From an uncultured Planctomycetales bacterium (lineage in GTDB: Bacteria; Planctomycetota; Phycisphaerae; UBA1845; PWPN01): a stretch of DNA of 64,000 nucleotides. The stretch spans positions 59,230 to 123,229 of the forward strand of contig CAZUAI010000002.1 in NCBI GenBank assembly GCA_964617875.1, given 5' to 3'. The notes under the pieces are model-generated. The model saw only the letters and a program-made list of their open reading frames with translations, did not search any database and was not told where the DNA came from. This document shows, one piece after another, positions 17,211 through 27,289 of the stretch (the first letter of the stretch is position 1; the number at the start of each line of letters is the position of its first letter). A program made the position numbers and the translations under genes.

Positions 17211-20120
17211 TCAATCCCCGGCGCGCAACACCCGGATCGCCACCGGTCCGAGCAGGCCGCTTGCCCTCTGGTCGAGTCGGATTCCGCCGAGGTTGGGCGT
17301 GTTCCGGGCCAGTTCTGCGAACTGTGAGTAGTAGTTCATCAGCGTGTTGGCGACGACGATCTCGATGCGGTTCGTGCCGGCGCGGACGTGCTTCGTGATA
17401 TCCAGGCGGTACGGATCGAAGAAGACCAGGCCCGCACTCGTGCCGTTGACGAAGACCTCCGCACTCTGCGCGACGCGGCCGAGGTCGAGGACGATTTGCG
17501 CATCCGCCGGGACCGCCTCGATGGCGACCTCCGTCTCGTAGCGGCCGAGGCCGGAGAACGTCGCAAGGCCGTGTTCGCACCAGTCGCCGGCCGGCATTGT
17601 CTCGGGCACGGCGCTCGGCCGCGTCGCCGGTTTCCAGCCGTCGGCAGCCTGCGAGAAGTTCCACGCCAGTTGCGGGCGCTTTGTGACGTCCTCGGCACGG
17701 AATCGGAACGGACCGGGAACGCCGATCTCCCGCAGCACTCTTGTCGATCGCGGTTTCGCGTCGCCCGGTGAAGCCGCCGCGCGCTGCAGCACGATCGGAA
17801 TCAGCTCGTCCGGCGCGAAGCTCAGTTCCAGTTCGACGCCGCCGGGCGTTACACGAGATGGCGCGAGCGTTTCGGCCAGGCCGGTGACCGGGTCCCAGCG
17901 TTCCACACGCATGCGCGCCCGGGTGGCGGTTTCGGCGAGAGGCGTCTGTCCGGTTCCGGCGCCGGCGGGGGCCGGCGTGGGAATACGCGCCCCCGCCGCC
18001 GAAACGCCGGAGCACCCCGCCGACAGGGTCACGCGGACGGTTCGCGGCTTCTCGCTGCGGCTGTAGAGAAGGTACAGGTCCGCGTCGTCGATGCGGCGGC
18101 GATACGCGAAGAGATCCTCCGTCGGCGGTGTGCTCACCACGTCGGGCGTGACGACGTCGCGCAGCATCGGCGCAACGTCTTCGGAGGTCGGCGCGAAGCC
18201 GGCCCGGCCCCGACCGCGCTCGACCCAGAAACGCCTTCGTTCGCCCGGCTGCGTGCACGGCGAGCCGAGCAGTTGGCCGATGAGCGTCGCGAGTTTCGGG
18301 TCGTTTGCGCCGGACTCGAACGAATGAACCGGCACGCCGCCGACGAAGAGCGCCGTCCCGCCGCTCTGGACGAGTTGCAGGCAGCGGGCGATCGTCTCGC
18401 GGCGCACGGCGTCCATGCGCGGAAACAGCATGACGGGGTAGCTCTCCGTCGGGCTGACCAGGTTGCCGGACTCCACTCTGCATTCGTCAACAATCGCCTG
18501 GTCGTCGAGGACGTCGAAGTCGTAGCCGGCGGCGCGGAGCCGGTCGCCGAGGGCGTTGTACTCCAGGCCGCGCGTCTGGAGGAGCTTCTCGTCCCAGCAG
18601 TGCGCCTGCATGTCCACGCTCGGGTAGTGCAGCGCGATCTGGGCGACGTGCCCCAACCCCGCTGCGAGCAGGCACAACCGCGCCTCGTAGTCGGCGAAGC
18701 CGCGGAAGTGGTCCCAGTACGGCTGCTGGCAGCCGAAGCCGGGGTTGTAGAACGTCGTCCGGCTCGGCCCGCGGAGCGAGTACTTGCAGCAGATGGGGAT
18801 CTGCATGTTGATGCCGTTGACGTGCTCCCAGTTGACGATTCTCCGCATCTGCTGGAATGTCAGGCCCCAGCCGCATCCGGCGAACGACTCACACCACACG
18901 CGATTGCGGCCCAACAGGTGCGCCACCGAGGCCGCATACTTGGGCACGACGGCCGGCAGTGCGTTCTCGCCGATCGGGTGGATCCAGTCGATGCCGGGGA
19001 TGTGCATTTTGCGGAAGTGCGCCAGGATGTCGCCGCCCTGGAGCGAGAGGTGCGCCTGGAAGTTCTCCTCGACGTGGACGTGGCCGGAGGCGACCTGCCC
19101 ATGCTTGTCGCAGAAGCGGTAGATCCCGCCGAAGTAGTTCTCGCTGTAGAGGTAGCGGCAGGTGTTCCAGTGATGAATGCGGAATCGCACGGCCTCCGGC
19201 CCGGCGTCGTGATAGAGCAGCGGCAGGCTCCGCCGCCATTCATAGCCGTGCAACCGGCGGAACGCTTCCGGCAGTTCCGGCGACCACGGCATCGAGGGAT
19301 ACCATGTGAACCCACCCGCCGGGTAGTTCGCCAGCGAGATCGACGGCTCGTCAAGGAAGAATCCGCAGAGCCGCGCCCCCGCCACCCGCCGGACCTGCTC
19401 GTCGTGGCCCTTGTAGACCATGTCGAGGATCGCTTCGGTGGTGCGTCGGTCCATCATGTCCGGGTAGCCGCGGTTCTGCCATCCAATCCTGCCCGTAACG
19501 GCCGTGTACACGGCGACCGTCCACCGGCCGGCCGGCACCTCCCATGCGAGCCGCCGGCCGGCGACGCGGGCGGTCAGATCGACAATTGAGTCTTCGCGGA
19601 TTGCCTTGCCGTCGCCCTGGAACGCCAGCGCCCCGACAAGCTCGCCGGCGCCAATATCGACCTCGGCCGTTGTCGGGCCGTCGTACGAATGCTCGGCAGG
19701 CTGGAGGTACTTCCACCCGAGTTCCGGGTGCTTCTCGACCAGCTGGCCGCCGACGGAACCGCTGGGCCAGTCTTCCTCGTCGTAGGCCCAGTACTGGAGC
19801 CCTTCTTTGGCGCATGCCTCGGCCGTCCAGCGAACGACCTGCCACCACCAGTCCGAGAGAAACTTCTGCGGCGCACCGCCCGTGAACCGCTCGCAATAGG
19901 AAAACACCCCGCCGCAACCCTGCTCCCGCATCGAGTGGATCTGCCAGCGGAGCTGCTCCGGGTCGACCTCGTCATTTGTGCGAAGCAGCATGAGGATGCG
20001 GTAATCGACGCCGGGGTTCGCGAACTCGCGTCGCAGATCATCGATGGTCGCAGGGGGCTTCGCCGCCGCCGTCTGAATCAGTCCGGCGACAGTCACAAGG
20101 GCCGGCAACATCGTTGGCAT
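17211..20120 (-). CDS. Large secreted glycoside hydrolase-like protein (GH106/alpha-L-rhamnosidase-like N-terminal pattern, C-terminal galactose-binding-like jelly roll); tentative family
   Basis: Signal peptide MPTMLPALVTVAGLIQTAAA, then FANPGVDYRILMLLRTNDEVDPEQLRWQIHSMREQGCGGVF. C-terminus LDLGRVAQSAEVFVNGTSAGLVFFDPYRLDITKHVRAGTNRIEIVVAN. The track ORF extends to 20957, but that part is antisense to ispF. Confidence 0.75.
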   Translation of the reverse strand: MPTMLPALVTVAGLIQTAAAKPPATIDDLRREFANPGVDYRILMLLRTNDEVDPEQLRWQIHSMREQGCGGVFSYCERFTGGAPQKFLSDWWWQVVRWTAEACAKEGLQYWAYDEEDWPSGSVGGQLVEKHPELGWKYLQPAEHSYDGPTTAEVDIGAGELVGALAFQGDGKAIREDSIVDLTARVAGRRLAWEVPAGRWTVAVYTAVTGRIGWQNRGYPDMMDRRTTEAILDMVYKGHDEQVRRVAGARLCGFFLDEPSISLANYPAGGFTWYPSMPWSPELPEAFRRLHGYEWRRSLPLLYHDAGPEAVRFRIHHWNTCRYLYSENYFGGIYRFCDKHGQVASGHVHVEENFQAHLSLQGGDILAHFRKMHIPGIDWIHPIGENALPAVVPKYAASVAHLLGRNRVWCESFAGCGWGLTFQQMRRIVNWEHVNGINMQIPICCKYSLRGPSRTTFYNPGFGCQQPYWDHFRGFADYEARLCLLAAGLGHVAQIALHYPSVDMQAHCWDEKLLQTRGLEYNALGDRLRAAGYDFDVLDDQAIVDECRVESGNLVSPTESYPVMLFPRMDAVRRETIARCLQLVQSGGTALFVGGVPVHSFESGANDPKLATLIGQLLGSPCTQPGERRRFWVERGRGRAGFAPTSEDVAPMLRDVVTPDVVSTPPTEDLFAYRRRIDDADLYLLYSRSEKPRTVRVTLSAGCSGVSAAGARIPTPAPAGAGTGQTPLAETATRARMRVERWDPVTGLAETLAPSRVTPGGVELELSFAPDELIPIVLQRAAASPGDAKPRSTRVLREIGVPGPFRFRAEDVTKRPQLAWNFSQAADGWKPATRPSAVPETMPAGDWCEHGLATFSGLGRYETEVAIEAVPADAQIVLDLGRVAQSAEVFVNGTSAGLVFFDPYRLDITKHVRAGTNRIEIVVANTLMNYYSQFAELARNTPNLGGIRLDQRASGLLGPVAIRVLRAGD

Positions 20121-20378
20121 GGCGTTCGTACTCCTCCACAGGTTGTTCCGGGCGAACGAGCATATCTGTCGCCGCGTGCGCGGACAAGGACGGGCGTTGA
20201 AGGCAGGAGCGCCGGAAGAAAACACACGACGGAGCGTTGCGTGCTGAGTGAACACGGCCCCCCGCAAGCGGCGGCGAAAACGGACCCACGGACCGGCGGC
20301 CCCGCGGACCGCCCTGGCGAACGCGCCCGCAAAACGGCGGGGTTGGCCGTATGGACCGGCGGCGATATAGTTGCGCCC

Positions 20379-20867
20379 GTGGCGATCGATCGGGTGGGCA
20401 TCGGATACGACCTGCACCGCCTCGTGCCGGGGCGGAAGCTGATCCTCGCGCACGTGCCGATCGAGTTCGGCAGCGGGCCGCTGGGACACAGCGACGGCGA
20501 TGTGGTGCTGCACGCGGTGATCGATGCGCTGCTGGGCGCCGCGGGGCTGCCGGACATCGGCCAGATGTTTCCGGACACGGACCCGCAGTTCAAGGACGCC
20601 GACAGCGGCAGGTTGCTGGCGGTAGCGCTGGCGGCGGTCCGGGCGGCCAACTATGTGCCGAGGAATGTGGACGTCGTCGTCCATGCCGAGCGGCCGAAGC
20701 TCTCGTTGTACAAGGCCCGGATGCGGGCGGAACTGGCGCGGCTGCTGGGCGTCGGCGAGGGCTGCGTGAACATCAAGGCCAAGACGGGCGAGGGCCTCGC
20801 GCCGATCGGCACGGGCGAGGCGATCGCCTGCACGGCCGTGGCGGGACTGGCCACGGCGGAGCACTGA
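20379..20867 (+). CDS. ispF: 2-C-methyl-D-erythritol 2,4-cyclodiphosphate synthase
   Basis: VGIGYDLHRL...GHSDGDVVLHAVIDALLGAAGLPDIGQMFPDTDP...KAKTGEGLAPIGTGEAIA. The start is an in-frame GTG at 20379 (or 20394); the exact start is uncertain. Confidence 0.9.
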   Translation: MAIDRVGIGYDLHRLVPGRKLILAHVPIEFGSGPLGHSDGDVVLHAVIDALLGAAGLPDIGQMFPDTDPQFKDADSGRLLAVALAAVRAANYVPRNVDVVVHAERPKLSLYKARMRAELARLLGVGEGCVNIKAKTGEGLAPIGTGEAIACTAVAGLATAEH

Positions 20868-20981
20868 GGACCGAGTGGCCGGGCAACCGGCGGCCCTCAC
20901 CCCGTCCCGCTCCGCCGGGGGGCGAGGGGGATCGGGACAACGGAATCGCGAACTCATGAACCGACGGACGAACGGACCACC

Positions 20982-22469
20982 ATGTCACTTCGCATCTACA
21001 ATACGCTGACGCGACAGGAAGAGGAGTTTCAGCCGATCGCCCCGCCGCATGTCGGCATGTACGTATGCGGGCCGACGGTGTATGGGCACCCGCACCTCGG
21101 GCACGCGAAGAGTTACATCAGTTTCGACGTGATCCTCCGCTACCTCCGCTATCGCGGATACGACGTGCTCTATGTGCAGAACATCACCGACGTCGGCCAC
21201 CTGACCGAGGACACGCAGGGCATGGCCGACACGGGCGAGGACAAGATCGCCCGCGAGGCGAAACGGCAGCAGAAGCATCCGATGGCGGTCGTCGAGTTCT
21301 ACACGCGAAGCTACTTCGACGACATGGACGCGCTGAACGTCCTGCGGCCGGACATCTCGCCGCGGGCGACGGGGCACATCCCCGAGCAGATCGAGCTGGT
21401 GCAGCGGCTGATTGAGCGCGGCCATGCGTACGAGTCGAACGGGAGCGTGTATTTCGACGTGGCGAGCTGGCGGAACTACGGCCGGCTCAGCCGCCGGAAC
21501 GTCGAGGAGATGGAAGCCGGCTCGCGCGTCGAGGTCAGCGCGGACAAACGTCACCCGGCGGATTTCGCCGTGTGGAAGAAGGCCGAGGCCGGGCACATCA
21601 TGCAGTGGCCCAGCCCGTGGGGGCGCGGCTACCCCGGCTGGCACCTCGAGTGCTCGGTCATGAGCATGAAGTACCTCGGCGAGTCGTTCGACATTCACGG
21701 CGGCGGCATCGAGAACTCGTTCCCGCACCACGAGTGCGAGATCGCCCAGTCCGAGGCGGCCACCGGCCGGACGTTCGTGAAGTACTGGATCCACCACAAC
21801 ATGGTCACGGTCGACGGCCAGAAGATGGGCAAGAGCCTCGGAAACTTCATCACGCTGAAGCAGCTCTTCTCGGGACAGCACGACCGGCTGTCGAAGGGGT
21901 TCGATCCGCTCGTCGTGCGGCAGTTCGTGCTGACGAGCCACTACCGCAGCCCGCAGGACTTCTCGAACGACGCGCTGCTCGCCGCCGAAAGCGGCTTCGA
22001 GAAGCTCCGCACGGCGGTGACGGCCGCCCGCGAGGCCGCCCGCGGCGCGAAGGAGGCCAGGGCCGAAGGGGCCGTCGCGTCGCGGCTGGACGAGGTCCGC
22101 GCGCGGTTCGAGAAGGCGATGGACGAGGACTTCAACACGGCCGCCGCGATGAGCGCGATGTTCGAGCTGGTGCGCGACGTGAACGCATGGCAGTCGGAAG
22201 GCCTCGCGCCGGAGGCGTGGCGGGCGGTGGCCGACGTCTTCGGACGGCTCGGCGGCGATGTGCTCGGCGTCGTGCCGGAACGCTACGCCGTGGACGCGGG
22301 GCCGTCGAAGGACCTCCTCGACCCGGTGGTACAGTTGTGCATCGAGATGCGGGCCGAAGCGAAAAAGACGAAGAACTACGCCCTGGCCGACCAGATCCGC
22401 GCCCGGCTGCTGGCCGCCGGCATCCAACTCGAAGACCGCCCGGACGGCACGCACTGGCGACGGGCCTGA
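20982..22469 (+). CDS. cysS: Cysteine--tRNA ligase
   Basis: MYVCGPTVYGHPHLGHAKSY (HIGH) and KMGKSLGN (KMSKS), with a length typical of CysS. Confidence 0.95.
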   Translation: MSLRIYNTLTRQEEEFQPIAPPHVGMYVCGPTVYGHPHLGHAKSYISFDVILRYLRYRGYDVLYVQNITDVGHLTEDTQGMADTGEDKIAREAKRQQKHPMAVVEFYTRSYFDDMDALNVLRPDISPRATGHIPEQIELVQRLIERGHAYESNGSVYFDVASWRNYGRLSRRNVEEMEAGSRVEVSADKRHPADFAVWKKAEAGHIMQWPSPWGRGYPGWHLECSVMSMKYLGESFDIHGGGIENSFPHHECEIAQSEAATGRTFVKYWIHHNMVTVDGQKMGKSLGNFITLKQLFSGQHDRLSKGFDPLVVRQFVLTSHYRSPQDFSNDALLAAESGFEKLRTAVTAAREAARGAKEARAEGAVASRLDEVRARFEKAMDEDFNTAAAMSAMFELVRDVNAWQSEGLAPEAWRAVADVFGRLGGDVLGVVPERYAVDAGPSKDLLDPVVQLCIEMRAEAKKTKNYALADQIRARLLAAGIQLEDRPDGTHWRRA

Positions 22470-22619
22470 CCGTCACCACCGGCGCGCCCGGACACGACCT
22501 GCGCCTCGCCGGGTGCCACCCTCGCGGGAGAGTCGCGGCCGCGTCGCTTGCCCGTGCCGCGGGTGCGAAATAGAATGCGCGGCGTCCGCGGTCAGGAGCG
22601 GCCGCATCGGCCGCAGGAG

Positions 22620-25600
22620 ATGGTGATGGACCCTGCATCGGGCGCGTACGACCACGCCGCCGTCGAGGCGAAGTGGCAGCGGTATTGGGAGGAGAACGGC
22701 ACGTTTCGCACGCCGAACCCGGGCGAGGCCGGTTTCGAACCCGGCCGGCCGAAACTCTACGTCCTCGACATGTTCCCCTATCCGTCGGGCGTCGGGCTGC
22801 ACGTGGGACACCCGCTGGGCTACATCGCCACGGACATCTTCGCGCGGTACAAGCGCATGCGCGGGTTCAACGTCCTGCACCCGATGGGGTATGACGCCTT
22901 CGGGCTTCCGGCCGAGCAGTATGCCGTCGAGCACGGCGAGCATCCGCGGCTCGTCACCGAGCGGAACGTGGCGAACATCCGCGCGCAGTTTCGCCGTCTG
23001 GGCCTCGGCTACGACTGGAACCGCGAGCTGGCGACCACCGACGTGGGCTACTACAAGTGGACGCAGTGGATCTTCCTGCAGCTCTACAACAGCTGGTACG
23101 ACCGGGCGCAGCGCCGGGCGCGCCCGATCCGCGCGCTGATTCACGAGCTGGAGACCGAACGATACCACGTCTCATTCGACGGGCGGCTCGTCCACGCGGG
23201 GGCGACGGCCGGGCTCGAGGCGCTGGAGGGCGGGCCGAGCGGCGCGCGGGTGTGGCACGAGCTTTCGGCGGCCGAACAGCGCGAGATCATCGACGGGCAT
23301 CGGCTGGCGTTCCTTGACGAGGTGCCGGTGAACTGGTGCCCCGCGCTCGGGACGGTCCTCGCGAACGAGGAGGTGACGAACGAGGGCCGCAGCGAAAGGG
23401 GCAATCACCCGGTCTTCCGGCGGCCGCTGCGGCAGTGGATGCTGCGGATCACCGAGTACGGCGAGCGGCTGGAACAGGACCTCGACCTTGTGGACTGGCC
23501 CGAGTCGGTCAAGCTGATGCAGCGGAACTGGATCGGCCGGTCGGAGGGCGCCGAGGTCGAGTTCCGCGTCGAGACGCCGGCGGGCGCGCCGACGGCCGCG
23601 GATGCCGACGCGGATGCGGAGGAAACGGAGGGCGATGCGGAACCGGTCATCGTGGTCTACACGACGCGCCCGGACACGCTGTACGGGGCGACGTACATGG
23701 TCCTGGCGCCCGAGCACGAGCTGGTCGCGCAGATCACCACGCCGGAGCAGCGCGAGGCCGTGCGGGCCTACGTCGATTCCGCGACGAACAAGAGCGACCT
23801 GGAGCGGACCGCGGAAACGAAGGTCAAGACGGGCGTCTTCACCGGCGCGTACGCGATCAACCCGGTCAACAACGAGCGCATCCCGATCTGGGTCGCGGAT
23901 TACGTCCTGGCGGGCTACGGGACGGGCGCGATCATGGCCGTCCCGGCGCACGACACGCGGGACCTGGAGTTCGCGCGGACATTCCACCTGCCGGTCGTCC
24001 AGGTCGTGCAGCCGCCGGAGGGAGTCTCCTGGGAGGGCTTCGTCGACGACGGCGTCTCGATCAATTCGCCGCCGCGCGGCCCCGGCGTCGATGAATCGCG
24101 GCTGCCGCCGGACGTCTGCGAAATCAACGGCCTGCCGACGCCCGAGGCCAAGCGGAAGATCACCGAGTGGCTCGAGCAGAAGGACCTCGGCCGCGGCACG
24201 GTGAACTACAAGCTGCGCGACTGGCTCTTCAGCCGGCAACGCTACTGGGGCGAGCCGTTTCCGATCGTTCACGACGCCGAGACCGGCGACGTCTACGCGC
24301 TCGATGAGTCGGAGCTGCCGATCGAGCTTCCCGACATCGACGACTTCAGCCCGGCCGCCTCGGACGACCCGGCCGCGCCGCCGCAGCCGCCCCTGGGGCG
24401 GGCGACGGACTGGGTGAACGTCGAGGGCTTCGTCACCGAGAGCGGTTCGGTGAAGCTGGTCAGGCCGGGCGTGCCGTTGCCGAAGGATGCGGCGGTCCGC
24501 CGGTTCCGCCGCGAGTTGAACACGATGCCCCAGTGGGCCGGCTCGTGCTGGTACTACCTGCGGTACATCGACAACCGCAACGACCGGGCGCTGATCGATC
24601 CGGAGCACGAACGCTACTGGATGGCGCCGCGGCCGGCGCCCGGGGGCGGGCAGCCGCGGCCGGGCCCGGAAATGGCGGGCGGAGTCGATCTGTACGTCGG
24701 AGGCGTCGAACACGCCGTTCTGCACCTGCTGTACGCGCGCTTCTGGCACAAGGTTCTCTTCGATCTGGGGATCGTGAGTTCACCGGAGCCGTTCGGCCGG
24801 CTGTTCAACCAGGGCTACATCCAGGCGTACGCCTATCAGGACGCACGCGGCATCTACGTGGACGTCCGGGAGGTCGAGGAACGAGGCGAGGGCGCGAACG
24901 CCGTGTATGTGCACCGGCAGACGGGGGAGAAGCTCACGCGGACGCTCGGCAAGATGGGCAAGAGCCTGAAGAACGCCGTCGCGCCCGACGAGATCATCGC
25001 GGAGCACGGGGCGGACACGCTCCGGGTGTACGAACTCTACATGGGGCCGCTCGAGGCCAGCAAACCCTGGAGCACGCGCGACATCATCGGCATGAGCCGG
25101 TTCCTTTCCAGCGTCTGGAAGAAGCTCGTCGCCGTCGATGGCACGTCGCGCGTACGCGAAGGCGACGCGGATCCGGCGCTCCTCCGCCTGGTCCACAAGA
25201 CGATCCAGCGGGTCGGCGAGATGATGGACGACCTCCGCTTCAACACGGCCATCGCGGCCCTGATCGAGCTGAACAACGCGATCAAGGGCGACACCGTTCC
25301 GCGGAGCGTCGCGGACCCGTTTGTGCGGATGCTGGCGCCGTTCGCGCCGCACATGGGGGAGGAGTTGTGGCAGCGGCTGATGGGCCGCGCGTGGAAGGGG
25401 TCGGTCGCGATGGAGCCGTGGCCGGCGTACGACCCCGCGCTGGCGAAGGATGAGGAGATCGAGATCCCCGTGCAGGTCAAGGGCAAGCTCCGCTCGCGCG
25501 TGACGGTGCCGGCGGACGCGTCGGAGGAGCAGATGAAGGCCGCGGCTCTCGCCGACGCCCGGATCGCCGCCGAGATCGCCGGGAAGGACATCGTGAAGGT

Positions 25601-25643
25601 GATCTGCGTGCCCGGCCGGCTCGTGAACATCGTCATCCGGTAG
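22620..25643 (+). CDS. leuS: Leucine--tRNA ligase
   Basis: YVLDMFPYPSGVGLHVGHPLGY (HIGH), KMGKSLKN (KMSKS), and CP1/editing region TTRPDTLYGATYMVLAPEH. Start at ATG 22620 (MVMDPAS) or 22626. Confidence 0.95.
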   Translation: MVMDPASGAYDHAAVEAKWQRYWEENGTFRTPNPGEAGFEPGRPKLYVLDMFPYPSGVGLHVGHPLGYIATDIFARYKRMRGFNVLHPMGYDAFGLPAEQYAVEHGEHPRLVTERNVANIRAQFRRLGLGYDWNRELATTDVGYYKWTQWIFLQLYNSWYDRAQRRARPIRALIHELETERYHVSFDGRLVHAGATAGLEALEGGPSGARVWHELSAAEQREIIDGHRLAFLDEVPVNWCPALGTVLANEEVTNEGRSERGNHPVFRRPLRQWMLRITEYGERLEQDLDLVDWPESVKLMQRNWIGRSEGAEVEFRVETPAGAPTAADADADAEETEGDAEPVIVVYTTRPDTLYGATYMVLAPEHELVAQITTPEQREAVRAYVDSATNKSDLERTAETKVKTGVFTGAYAINPVNNERIPIWVADYVLAGYGTGAIMAVPAHDTRDLEFARTFHLPVVQVVQPPEGVSWEGFVDDGVSINSPPRGPGVDESRLPPDVCEINGLPTPEAKRKITEWLEQKDLGRGTVNYKLRDWLFSRQRYWGEPFPIVHDAETGDVYALDESELPIELPDIDDFSPAASDDPAAPPQPPLGRATDWVNVEGFVTESGSVKLVRPGVPLPKDAAVRRFRRELNTMPQWAGSCWYYLRYIDNRNDRALIDPEHERYWMAPRPAPGGGQPRPGPEMAGGVDLYVGGVEHAVLHLLYARFWHKVLFDLGIVSSPEPFGRLFNQGYIQAYAYQDARGIYVDVREVEERGEGANAVYVHRQTGEKLTRTLGKMGKSLKNAVAPDEIIAEHGADTLRVYELYMGPLEASKPWSTRDIIGMSRFLSSVWKKLVAVDGTSRVREGDADPALLRLVHKTIQRVGEMMDDLRFNTAIAALIELNNAIKGDTVPRSVADPFVRMLAPFAPHMGEELWQRLMGRAWKGSVAMEPWPAYDPALAKDEEIEIPVQVKGKLRSRVTVPADASEEQMKAAALADARIAAEIAGKDIVKVICVPGRLVNIVIR

Positions 25644-25649
25644 CTTCGC

Positions 25650-26231
25650 ATGGGGCTGGAGATCGAAGGCAAGTTCCGTGTCGAGTCGCACGAGCCGGTC
25701 CGGTCGCGACTGCGGACGCTCGGCGCCGTGCGCATCGGCACCGTCCGTGAAGTCAACCACATTTTCGACGATGCCGGACGCGCACTTCTCGGCTCCGGCC
25801 GCGGACTGCGCGTCCGCGAGCTGACGGTCCTCGACGGGCCGTCGCGACCGTCCACGCTGACGTACAAGGGACCGCGGACCGACGCGACCCTGAAAACGCG
25901 CGAGGAGATCGAAACGCCCGTGGGGGACGCCCGCGCCGCCCGCCGGATTCTGGCATCGCTCGGTTTTGTCGAGGCGGTCGTCTTCGAGAAACGCCGCGAA
26001 AGCTGGGAACTGGCGGAATGCCGCGTCGAGCTGGACGAATTGCCGCATCTGGGCCGGTATGTGGAGATCGAGGGGCCGGACGAGTCCGCCGTGAATCGCA
26101 CGCAGGAAATGCTGGGGCTGGCTCGCGAGGCGTTTGTGGCGGAAACGTACGTGGGGATGGCGGCGGCGTATTGCCGGGCGCGCGGCACCGGCACCGTCGT
26201 GCTCACGTTCAACGGCGGATCCGGGCTCTGA
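25650..26231 (+). CDS. CYTH domain protein (class IV adenylate cyclase / triphosphatase family)
   Basis: N-terminal EIEGKF (ExExK) motif. Later ELDELPHLGRYVEIEG, typical of CyaB/CYTH proteins. Confidence 0.8.
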   Translation: MGLEIEGKFRVESHEPVRSRLRTLGAVRIGTVREVNHIFDDAGRALLGSGRGLRVRELTVLDGPSRPSTLTYKGPRTDATLKTREEIETPVGDARAARRILASLGFVEAVVFEKRRESWELAECRVELDELPHLGRYVEIEGPDESAVNRTQEMLGLAREAFVAETYVGMAAAYCRARGTGTVVLTFNGGSGL

Positions 26232-26353
26232 AGGGCTCCACGCACGCGGCGCGAGAGAGGCAGACGGGCACCGTCGAGTTCGGGAGCGCCGGCGCCTTTT
26301 GCGTCCCTTTCGCCGTTTGCGTTATCCTCCGGCGTGAAAGGAGAGCCGGGACC

Positions 26354-27214
26354 ATGCGTAAATGGAAGCTGGCGTACCTGGCCGGCCTTGGCTACGCGGC
26401 CATGCCGGCGGAGAAGGTGATCGAGGTCCTGCGGAAGATCGGCTACGAAGGCATCGAGTGGACGGCGGCCCATTTCAACCCCGACCGGCCGATCTCCGAG
26501 TTGCGCGACCTGGTCCGGCGGACGCGCGATGCGGGCCTCGAGGTCTCGCGGATCGCCACGGGCGCGGATTTCGTGTGCCTCAACGACGGCGAGCGCCGCA
26601 GGCGCATCGAGCACACCGTCCGCACGATCGAGGCGGCCGGCATGTGCCGCGTCGCGGCCGTCGGCGTGCAGACGGGGCCGTTTGTCTGGGATCCGTCGGC
26701 TCCGCGGCTGGGCGAGCAGATTTCCGAGTCGGCGGCCTGGCAGCAGGTCCAGGAAGCGTACGCCGTGTTCACGCCGGTCGCGAAGGCGGCGGGTGTCGTT
26801 CTCTGCACGGAGGGGATTTTCGGCACGCTGACGCACGACTTCTACTCGCACAAGTTCTTCATGGACCAACTGGACCCGGGCGTACACAAGGTCAATTTCG
26901 ACCCCTCGCACGGCATCCTGTACGGCAACCTGGACGTCGGCTGGGTCATCCGTCAGTGGGGCGGACGGATCGGACACGTGCATCTGAAGGACGCCGTGGG
27001 CGTGCCCCAGGTGGGCCGCTTCCTGTTCCCGCTGCTGGGCGAGGGCATGGTGGACTGGAAGGCGTTCTTCAAGGCCCTCGACGACATCGGCTACGCCGGC
27101 TTCTGCAGCGTGGAGTTCGAGGCGTTCCCGTATTTCGACCGCGTCCTGAAGGGCGACGCCGAAGCGGCCGCGCGGCTTTCGTTTGAGCAGGTCAAGGCCC
27201 TCCTTGCGCTTTGA
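26354..27214 (+). CDS. Sugar phosphate isomerase/epimerase (xylose isomerase-like TIM barrel)
   Basis: AMPAEKVIEVLRKIGYEGIEWT...IGHVHLKDA...GEGMVDWKAFFKALDDIGYAGFCSVEFE pattern. Internal ATG at 26354. Confidence 0.8.
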   Translation: MRKWKLAYLAGLGYAAMPAEKVIEVLRKIGYEGIEWTAAHFNPDRPISELRDLVRRTRDAGLEVSRIATGADFVCLNDGERRRRIEHTVRTIEAAGMCRVAAVGVQTGPFVWDPSAPRLGEQISESAAWQQVQEAYAVFTPVAKAAGVVLCTEGIFGTLTHDFYSHKFFMDQLDPGVHKVNFDPSHGILYGNLDVGWVIRQWGGRIGHVHLKDAVGVPQVGRFLFPLLGEGMVDWKAFFKALDDIGYAGFCSVEFEAFPYFDRVLKGDAEAAARLSFEQVKALLAL

Positions 27215-27289
27215 GGACGGCGGGCCCGGAGCCGCGTCGCGTTTCGTCGTTCGGTTGGCAATGCTGCGGGCCGGCGGTATACTTGCGGG

